Shown here: piece after piece, positions 1 to 10,100 of the stretch
How the letters are laid out: every line of letters starts with the position of its first letter
Numbering within the stretch: position 1 is the first letter of the stretch
NCBI GenBank assembly: GCA_002633005.1
Contig: NMRA01000032.1
Coordinates: 1,298,064-1,337,888 of the forward strand
Source of the DNA: Phoronis australis
Taxonomy: Eukaryota; Animalia; Phoronida
Direction: 5' to 3'
Length of the DNA: 39,825 nt
Translations under genes and position numbers: made by a program
The notes under the pieces: model-generated
Told to the model about the DNA's origin: nothing
The model's input: only the letters and a program-made list of their open reading frames with translations
Database searches by the model: none

Positions 1-255
1 ATGTGAATTTATTCAGAAATTGATAAAACGGCTGCAGAGGGCAAAGAGACATAATCGCTAGGCAACAAAGACAACATTAACAAGAAGCCGGCAGCCACTG
101 CGTTCACGTTCATGTTTAGAGCAAAACAATAAATAACTCATAAACAGAAAGTCAACTGATAAAGGGTAAACAAGATGAACTCATAACTATGGAAGTGTGT
201 GAACAACAAGTCTCTAGCTGTGAGCGGTCAGTCACAACATTCTTGAGATATTTAC

Positions 256-291
256 CCTTAGCTCGGTCGCGATGGAACAGGGGACGCGTTT
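256..291 (-). CDS. NEO1: Candidate 36-nt cytoplasmic exon (TRPLFHRDRAK)
   Basis: Acceptor TTCTTTGTTTTGCAACCATAG, donor AGG|GTAAAT; phase 1 to 1, compatible with the 916 donor; CpG-rich, unlike the surrounding intron. Confidence 0.6.
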
Positions 292-915
292 CTATGGTTG
301 CAAAACAAAGAATCACATGATCACGCCTAAATTCATTTTCAAAACTTCCGAACAACAGGTTACAGGAATCTGATTGAAAAAGACTCTTACATTTAAATCG
401 ACAAATAAAATGCACAATACTGTATAAAATGAAATGTTTTAACTCAAAACAGGACATCGCACACAAACACACACACATTAAGGAAATAACAAAAAAACAT
501 GGAAAATCCCTGATCTTGATCACCCAATACGCCACAGTCAATTGCCATACACACCAACTGACTCTAGTAAACGTCAGGTCAACAGCTACTGTGATATAAT
601 TTCCACCTGCCTCACTTCTGACCAAGCCAATCATGAGCCCAGTATCCTTAATCAAACTAGTTTCCCAAGATTTACTTAAACAAGTCCAGCTGCATGTATG
701 CTCCAAGCGTTCGCAAATCTCCATCCATGTATTAGTGCAATAGACAGTGACTTTGAAATCCCAATTTTGATTTGCTGGCCTTGAACTCCACAACATCTTA
801 TTCTGCATGACACACCATGAACAGCAGATGCTCAAAGACCCACCCATCCACCCACCAGCACCCACTAACACATCAACACGCAAAGTTTGGCTCCAGTCAA
901 GACTATTCCACTTAC

Positions 916-1166
916 TGAGGAACGAGTTGCGTCGTCTGTCCATCACCATGGGGTCGTCGGGGTCACGGAGGGGCTTGAGCTCTTCCTGTGAGCCGCGCCT
1001 CATGGGAGCCACACTCATCATCTGGTCCGGATGATTCGGTTTGTCCGTCGCCTTCATCTCAATCTGCTCATGGTGGATCCACAGGTCGGGTGGGTTTATG
1101 TCCTTGGGGCCGTGTTTACCTGGTTTGTTCTTGCTGTTACCAACCTTGTAGTTGGAGCCATTGTTT
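916..1166 (-). CDS. NEO1: Exon: cytoplasmic P1 motif
   Basis: Acceptor TATGTTTCTTCCAG, donor A|GTAAGT; phase 2 to 1; NNGSNYK..KDINPPDLWIHHEQIEMK..RRRNSFL. Confidence 0.93.
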
Positions 1167-4100
1167 CTGGAAGAAACATAAGGGGGAGTGGTCACGTAGG
1201 GGCAACAGAGTGGTCATGTAGGGGCAACAGCACAGGGTCCCCTGCTATCACTGATACTCTCATGCACCTTGGCCCGTTTTATCAAAGGTCGAAAATCTGG
1301 TCATAGAAATGACGGTTGTAGGGACGTTTTTGAGATGGTGAGACTGGAAGTGGCACGAGTGAAAACAATTGTTGAACCTAATCAAGGTTCACAATCACGC
1401 TGAGTGCCCAATTTCGTAACCACCGTGGTTGGGGGTTTTGACAAAACAGGGCCCAAGGCTGATAAAAGAGCAACGATACTCGACTTAAGCCAACAATTGC
1501 CGAATGTGAAATACCAACAAAGGAAACGTACAGCCAAATTTTCTAAAAACTCAACAACACGAAAGTCATGAATTCAATGGACAGAAAAGAAATGTTATAC
1601 CTCATTTTAATAACAATTTTACTTAAAAATAATCTAAGAAACATTAGAATATTAAGACAAGTAATGGTTCCAAACCTAAGCCAACACTCTCCAGCCTTAT
1701 CCACCAATCTAATAAACCAAGGACCAAAGGCCACCCAACTTCATTTAAGACTAGACACAAAAATTGACGAATCGTGTGGCATGCTTCGAGTAAACTCTCT
1801 TATTTCATGCCACGTGATTAGGACTGTTTTCAGATCACGTCTCCCAACAAGACATACTAACATCCACGCTAACCTCCATTACCCCTCACTATTCTGCCCA
1901 TTCCAGTCACCCATTCGTGTCCCACCACACAATGGTCTCCAACTCCAGCTCAGCTCCTTTTTTGTCTTACCGTGCCTGTCGCTTGCTGCTGTCCGCACTG
2001 TAGTGGCGGCGGCACATGACACCAACAAAGACAATGATGGCAATGACCAGAACACCGGCCACAACGGCTATGATGATCCACATGGTGTTGGACGAAATCC
2101 CGCCCTGGCCACCGTCCCCGCCCTCGTTGCCGGAACCGTTGGCTCTGCTCGCGTCACCCTCGCCAACATCTGCAACATTCACGCATCATCAGCAAACGAG
2201 GAAATGCACGATTTCAAACGACAACAAACAACTAAGAGCTTATTTTAGCTGTCCAATGGAGTAACTAGGGACAAAAGCTTGTTTTTGTAATTGCTTTGTG
2301 AAGAACTTCAAAAACTTTGTGCGGCAAAGGCACACGCGTGTTAAGTGACCTTGTACGTGAGACAATATAAACATGCCGTTGCAATAACACGGTCATAGTT
2401 GAATAATAAATAATAAATATTTCGGAGTCTGACTAATTAAAATATGAGACCAGGAAGTAATCTGAGACAAAAAGATTTGCCAGGAGAAAGAGATATTCTT
2501 GCTATTCTCGATTTAAGAGGAGAGCATTACTTTGTAAATCAGCAATTTAGAATTTCCAACACCATATTGTTAATGATAATGGTTAAAAAATATTCCTTTT
2601 ACAGAGTCTCAAATTAACGCAGATTTGACACGGGTCCTAAATACTTACCTTCAGTGCCTTCAGGGTTGTATTTAGGGGGCTTGCCATTGGGCTTATTATA
2701 GGTGCCAGATGGTGTGTGGATGGGGCCTCCCCCAGTACCATCGGCTGAAACAATGAACAAGAAGGCGTTACACCAACATTTCTTGTGTTGTGCTTATGAA
2801 CACTTGCACTGGCGTATACACGACTGTAAACGTGACTGTTCCAAATGTTTTGATTGTATTTTTCTTGATATACTAAGGACCGGAAACAACCCTTCATTAA
2901 GTTGTCAATTTAGCAATATGCCACTCTACTTAATAAGTGATGATCACAATTTGTCTACATCAAGGTGACTACATTTCCATCCTAAGTCTCTCTCACCAGA
3001 TGTAAGGGTTCACAAATTTCGGCAAAATTTATCTAGCTTCACTGAGGTTACAGTCAAAAGCCGGAGGGAAACCATGACGAAAATTCTCACTACATCATTC
3101 GTAAGCAAGCTGAATTTATTTTCTTCAAAATTTCGCTGATATTTTGACAAGAGATGATAGTTTTGTCAACCTGTTTGAAAATTTACCGAACCTTCTGTAA
3201 CGCTTTTAAAACAAGAAGTCAGACATTCATGCAAAGATAGATCTAACTGCTACCATGAACAGCTTGTCAATCAAGGCTGATAAATGAAATGGCGGAGTTA
3301 AATAACACGTCTTTAAGAAAACTTGCAACTGTAACGCTCTGAAAGATGAATCAGTATAAAGCACTAAAATACAGGCCAAAAATAATCGGACAAAATGATC
3401 CGCAAAGCCCCTCATGACGGCTGTGCGCTGGCGAAATCGTTACAATGAAATGACCCATCATGTTGGAAAAACGTAATTGTGTCTGAGAACTCTCAGCGTA
3501 TAACTGAGGCATGCTGTTACCTCTTGGTGTCCTGTAGATGACAGTGGCTGAGTATGGCCCGTAGCCCTTAGCGTTGCGTGCGTTCATCTTGAAGTAGTAT
3601 GTTGTGTCAGGGGTCAGGGAATGTATGACTTTGTTCAACTTGTTGCCCAGCACGGCCTCCACGGCCCAGTGTTGAACATCAAGCGTGTTGTCCGTAGTGT
3701 AGATGATGACGTAACCTACAAAAGACGGAGGACTATACATAAGTAAAATCTTTCAAGGTAGCTTAGACATTCACAAAGATATTCTAAGGAAACTTTAGAC
3801 TTATCTTGCTCATAAAGATATTCCGATCAGATTAAGGGCTTACACATAGCCATGTTCTTGAGGTATTCCAAAGAGAGCTTCACACTTTAATGTGGTCCTA
3901 AACATACCCCAAGAAGACAGTAACTTGTTTCTAAATGTATAAAAAAGAGAACCAAGGCACCAGCTTGGTTCTATAGGGGCGCTGTTTCTCAAAGATTTTA
4001 TTGTCTTTTGACTTTTCGGTACAAATCATTCTACAGATGGCTAAGCCTACTAGGGGTATAAGTCAGACAATCTGTCTACAACTTGAAGACAAAAGACAGA

Positions 4101-7100
4101 AACCCTAAGTCAAAACAACAATAACAATAACAATAACAAAAACCTTTTGACTACAGACACTTCCAGAAACAGATCCCAGCTATCTAAAGAAAAACTTGGA
4201 CAATAACTTGTTCCAAATGTTAACTTCGATGCTAAATTGTTCCAAGAAGAGTCAGGTACAAAGTTAGACAAAAGGTATCCCAAGGAGAGTTTAAATATTA
4301 ACAGGTTCCAAAAGGTATGTTGATTTCCATGTAAATACATTTACAAAAACAATGTTTTAACTATTAATTATTATATTGGTAAGAGATTGAGACACTACAA
4401 ATGGTCTATAGAACAGCCAACTGACAAAAACGCGTTTCGATTTCTTCCTAATTTATGTGTATTGCCAATTTATTTATGAATTCTGCTTTCCTTTTAATAA
4501 TGCAAGTGCTTGACTTAAAACTGTGAGTGGAAATACTTTTAAATTAACAAAAAATAAACCTGTTAGTGCAACAGTGTTAATGATTAGAACAGGTTAAAGA
4601 AATGTATACGCACGCAGCGACAAGTTACAGGCCCTTTGCAAACTAATACAGAAGCCTGGTAAAAAAATTCAAGTACCAGAGATGACCAGTTAGCGACCAA
4701 CAACGTCACAAAGCATGCCACATGCTATTTAGACTTGGCCACAGCGCGTTTAAATTCTCTGCAAAAGGGGGCAAACCAACAAAGTAAGTTCTGAACGACA
4801 GAAACTGGACACTTTAAAGTCTGTATAATCGGTTGCACTAGTTTTGCAAATTCGGGACAAGACAAACAAAAACGTAACAAAAAGTTAAAACACAATTAAG
4901 GTCAGCGCTTGCTACACAACTCAAGTCGAAATAAAATTATGAAACAAAGTAAACGGAAACGGGGTCAAGGCAATTAGGCGTAACTCAAGTGTGAGGGCTT
5001 TGTGGCCCCATGAGAGTGCGTGGTATACCTGTGATGTTTTCTGTGAACAAGCGGCAAAGTAAGAGAAAGAAAGCCACATGAAATTAAGCACAATGCATTA
5101 CAAATTCATTGGGTAACGAAGCACGGTCGAATTAAAGGGGCACTTGAGGTAACTAAACACCTCGGGTACCAAGATTCACAGTTCTTCAACCATCTTTAAA
5201 TGAACCCACGAAATCATTGTTTTGCATAACCTTGGTGATCAAACAAATGCATTAAATGAATGGACAACTACAGTAAAGTGAACACGTTTTTCACTCGAGA
5301 TATGAAATGGAGACCAGTGTAACTTCCACAGATACAAAAATCTGCTAACGAAACTAATTCTGTTCCTCTATTCCACTACCTTGCAAAACAGTGAGTGGAC
5401 TTTACTATGGAAGCCTACTTAGGCAGTTTGTAAGGCAAATTTGTCACAGAATGCTGAAGCCTGCTTTGTAATCTAACAACATTTCGGAGAAATTCAACAC
5501 AAAGAAATCTGGACTGAAATGAAGGCAGGAACTCATCAGAGCCATTCAACGTCAAAGACTTTGCAATTATTTGGGAAGATATGAATAGTCATGAGGCCAT
5601 AAAAAGGAAAAATAATCTGTCGGTAGAGAAAACTGTAAATTTCAACTATATAATTTGACTTCACTCGGCACGTTCAATGAATGAGCATGCTGTAGGTACT
5701 CTCATTCAAGCTTTCTCGTTCAGTTCAGTCCAGATTTAGCACCAAAGCACAACCGCACAAGTGGGAACTGCTGTGCACTATAAGCGATAACCAAAACGTA
5801 TAAGCGACACACAGACTGGAATTTGACCTACCTGTGACCTGGCCGTTGGCGTTACGAGGAGGCTGCCAGTTGAGCTGCACGATCGTGGCACCGTGGGATA
5901 CAGGAGTGACGTCCCTGGGGGCACTCTGGGGAGCTGCAATGTGTGGGGCATAACATTAACAAAAGGTACCACCAAAAATGCATGCAATATCTAACCACAA
6001 CACAACACACGAGACAGTTACTTGTAACAGACGTAACCAACGTTTTGAGTTCACATGGGATTCCAAATGTTGAAAGTGATGCTAACATAACACTCGAGGT
6101 TCAGAATCCCCACGCTTTAACTGAGCCAACCGTGCAACAACACTAAATAACAGTCTGTAGTTGCTGCATACAACACGTTGCTTTCTAGTTCTGGTCAAAG
6201 TTTACAACAACTCTATCCCATACAACAATCCCAAAAATACGTTTTTCGGCCATAAAAGCGATAATGTCCCGTTAAGTTGGGAAGCCACATGGCACGATGG
6301 CTGACCTGATTCAAACGTGGTGTTCTCGACAGTCATACTCCATGTGCTCTGGCGCCGCTCCTTCACCACCTTGACGGAGAACTCGTAGACAGTGTTGGCT
6401 CGCAGATTATCAAGGTGCGCGTTCAGATGTGTAGTGTTGTAGTACTTGTACCTACGGGCGCCGCGCTGCGCATAGCGCACTGTGTACCGACGCGAGTCCT
6501 TGACGATCTGCTGCGCGCCCAGGCTGTTATCAAACCACGTCACCGTCACAGACGAATCAGACACCACGATGGCCTTCACGTAAACCGGAGGAAGCATAGG
6601 TGTCTCTGGCTCTGGCGTGGCTAGAAGAAATGAGTAACTTCAGTATAATACACAGGCTGGAAATGGAGGAACAGCCGCGGAAATGGAGGAACAGCCGCGG
6701 AAATGGAGGAACAGCAGCGGAAATGGAGGAACAGCCGCAGCAATACATTCCTCTTTTCTGAATAAAAAATTCAAAATATCAATAAAATATTAACTTCAAA
6801 AAAAACAATTTGCTTTTTCCTTATGTTTTGTAATTTTGGCTGAATAGGTAAAACAGAGGTATCCAAGCTTTGCAGAAACACTACGAGTGAAATCAGACTT
6901 CACTCGCGTGCAAAACTTGCACTCTTCTAAATCCCAGCAACTCTTAACAAATGAAACACCAGCAGCTAACAATACAGACTTCTGATGGGCTATTATGGAC
7001 TGTCCAGATTTTGATATCCCATAATACTGGTGATACACCAGTGACAAACAGCACATATGTGCGAAAATTATCAAAAAGAGCAAAATATGTACGTTTGCAA

Positions 7101-10100
7101 AAAGTTGCCACAGTCACTATTCGAAGCGCTAACAACACAGCTGCTCAAAAATGAGAAGAATGGACACTGAATACAAACTATGAGATGTTATGTACCTTCA
7201 ATGCACCATAGGAAACTAACTAAGTGTATAAGTAATACGAGATGTACCAACCAGAGAGTGAGCGAGTGTGTGTGTTTTCCAATCGTGGCTGGCCAGGTCC
7301 GACATCATTAAAAGCCTTCAGCGATATGACGTAGTTGGTTGAAGGCTCCAGTTCATTTATGGTGTAAAATCTTTTAGTGGCCTCGATCCTCCTAGTGTTG
7401 CCGTGAGGAAAACCTATGCCCCAGTTGAGAGTGTAGCCGCGGATACGCACTGTCGGGTCGTTGGGTGGGGTCCAGCTAACAATGATTGAGTTGACCAGAG
7501 CTCGAGTGGTCAACGAGCTTGGCTGATCAGGAACACGGTCTTCTGCAGCAGAGAAGATGGAATGAAAAACGTCAGAAAGAATAGTGTAAAACTAATTATA
7601 TTACTTGTCGCCTTGATGTAAGTTGCCCCTTTTGGTTGTGTTCTCAAATTAAAGGAAAGACCAAGCTCTATAATCACTAAGTGTTTTTTTTTTTAACAAA
7701 CCCCATTGCAATACAAAGAAGGCAATGGTTCAAGCATAAAAGGAGAATGCCACCCGATTTAATTAGTATTTTTTATTGTCTTAATGGGTCTATATCCACA
7801 TTGCCTTGCGTACTGTCGACCTAACCTTGCCGAAAGGTGTCGCGTTAACCTGTGAGGAAGGTGAGAAACGACGCAGCGACGTCAGTGGTTCATCTGCAGA
7901 GTGAATGCTGCTATGTTACAGTGCATCATTCCCGCTTCAGTCCGAACTATGAAGTTGCAAGGAAAGTGGGTATATTGGTTTTTTGACTTCCTCAAGAGCC
8001 CGAAATGCTTAGGAAGTGGCTCGCGGTAGTTAAGAATGAAAAGTACGCTGTTAATAGCAAGTATGAGGCCGTGAAACATCTCTGTGTCTGTGGCTGGCAT
8101 TTCGCTGTAGATAGTGATTTCTCTGACGAATGCCGGCTTACCAAAGAACTATTCATACGTTCCGTTGCCTATGCAATCAGCAGTGTTCACGGCCCCTCTC
8201 CAGTATTTCCAGTGTATTCCAGTTTGAACTGATAGCCAGTGAAACCTAACGATCCACCAGTGAAGACTTCGTCAGATGAGCTCTCGTCCAGGTTAGGATT
8301 GTGAGTTGCCATGTTGACGTTTATTATAATTCTGAGTTCTGTTTCAAAATGAATTGTTCTCACCCTAACCAATGCTTATATAAAACTGAAACAAAGTCCG
8401 TCTCATTAGAAACAGTCTGTAATGCCTTTGGAGTATTTGTGAGTGCAAATGTTTTGAGAAGCCAGCAATGAATAAACCACTGCGTTACCGGCTTTAGATG
8501 CAATAAAGGTAATTGACCGAGCACCGAGGCTGTGTGAGCGCATGCTAATTCAGTATTTTCTGACAGAAAGCTGTTGTGAAAAAATAACTAGATTTTATAT
8601 GCTATGGTCACATGTTAGGGGAATCTTTATTTAGATATACAAATACATTGTTCAAATCAATGTTACTGTACAACTTTTGCCCTGACGGTTCTGTGGAAGA
8701 GGAACTTGACTTCGCGGCCCCCGAGAATTAAGTAGATTTTCAGTTTTGGGACTAATTCACCAAAATGATTATGTGCACATTATTTCTTTGGTTGATTATT
8801 ATAGACTTTTCGTGACTGGAGGTTTTAGTTTCCAACTTAAGCTGGTTTATAACTGTGATGTCCAGTCCCGGCGGCCATGACGCCGGGCCTTAGTGATCGG
8901 GTTCTGAGCCACAGGCTGGGATAACGAGCGTTTGTGGGGTTTAGAACTGAGAAAAAAAACAAGTCTAAAAGTCAGACACACACGTATGTTCTCCTGTGTG
9001 TATTTCATGGAAGAATGATTCAAATTTATCACCAAACAGACCCAAACTCCCGCGATCGACCATGGTAAATTGGCCTACTGACCACCGAATTCTGTAGGCT
9101 ACGGTACGTTCAAATACCTATAAATCCATAACAGTGAAATAAAACAACACGTTTGTTCAAGAACTCGATGTATTTGTGAGGGTTTTACATTGAATTTTGA
9201 TGATTTATTGGTGTAAAACGATGAATTCAAGCTATAACTTGACACCAGTATGCGTGTTGTGAACGGCTGAACAGATTGCATTCGAACCTATTACGTTATT
9301 GGTTAATTTCAACACCTCTGTCTGCTGTCAGGTGTCAGGTAAAACAACTGAACTTGCTGTTATCAAGTGGAACTATTCGATCTTATTTGATACAAAATAG
9401 GTTGTTTTTTGGGTGGCATTCTCCTTTAATGGCAGTAACCTCATCGTTCATCCCTCATTCCTCTGCTTTAATGCATGCTGAGACCCAGTAGGGGGCGCAA
9501 TGAGTTTACATTTAAAAACACTACAGCTCTACAAACAAGAATTTGGCATGGTGCGACGGCACTCACCAAGGAGATCGCTGTCGTGGGTAGTGGCATACAC
9601 CCATGGCGTGAGGACACCTGTCCCGTTGACGTTGAGTGCTGCCACCTTCACTGCATATTCTGTATCGGGGTCGAGGTCTGTGTACAAAGATCAAGAATAT
9701 CAATAATGACACACATTGGAATTCAGCGAGGACTGACAGTAATAGTCACTTTCAGGGGTTCCGCATTTTGAGAACCAGTTTTTTAACACTGAATAATGGG
9801 CATCAAACTGGTTCTCAAAATCCGGGACTCCTTTAGGTGACTATTGCCAGACCAACTGCATTGTTTGACAGTGAAATACATTTTTATAGACCACAAGGAA
9901 GTATTCCGTTGCATTGGTCATTGGGAAATACATTTTCACCAAACACCATGGAAATCTTTGTCCAAACTTATCACAAGTGAAAAAAACTTTACAAGCATAA
10001 AGTAAATCTCAAACTCTCATTATCCAGCCAATCACACTACTGACCACAAGTCAAGATGAACAAGACAACATACCATTTAAGTCGAAAGTTCGGATGTTTG

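Larger units (their letters stand above)
7741..9425 (+). mobile_element. Non-autonomous Kolobok-like DNA transposon, 1685 bp, in the FN3-FN4 intron
   Basis: Perfect 15-bp TIRs AGGAGAATGCCACCC (7741-7755) and GGGTGGCATTCTCCT (9411-9425); flanks TAAA (7737-7740) and TTAA (9426-9429); AG terminus; internal THAP remnant. Confidence 0.8.

Noticed and set aside
152-1195. 347-aa ORF as a stand-alone gene
   Set aside because: It is the P1 exon plus intronic read-through; splice sites bound the homologous part at 1166 and 916
1568-2264. Plus-strand ORFs (226 aa, 82 aa) as antisense genes
   Set aside because: They are shadows of the GC-rich TM exon plus A-rich intron, with no recognisable domain
4614-4655. 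42-nt in-frame pseudo-exon (TTTTTTTACCAG|..|GTGCGT; FCISLQRACNLSL)
   Set aside because: Intron-like composition, weak exon-end context, and it would replace the conserved Gly of the TGY motif; not supported without RNA data
5132-5143. TTAAAGGGGCAC as another Kolobok-type terminus
   Set aside because: No matching inverted end found in the window
6621-6656. Upstream acceptor as a DCC-long equivalent
   Set aside because: The 36-nt extension contains an in-frame TGA, so it cannot encode a longer linker
6659-6738. 20-bp repeats as a CRISPR array
   Set aside because: Head-to-tail copies without spacers, no cas genes, eukaryotic intron context
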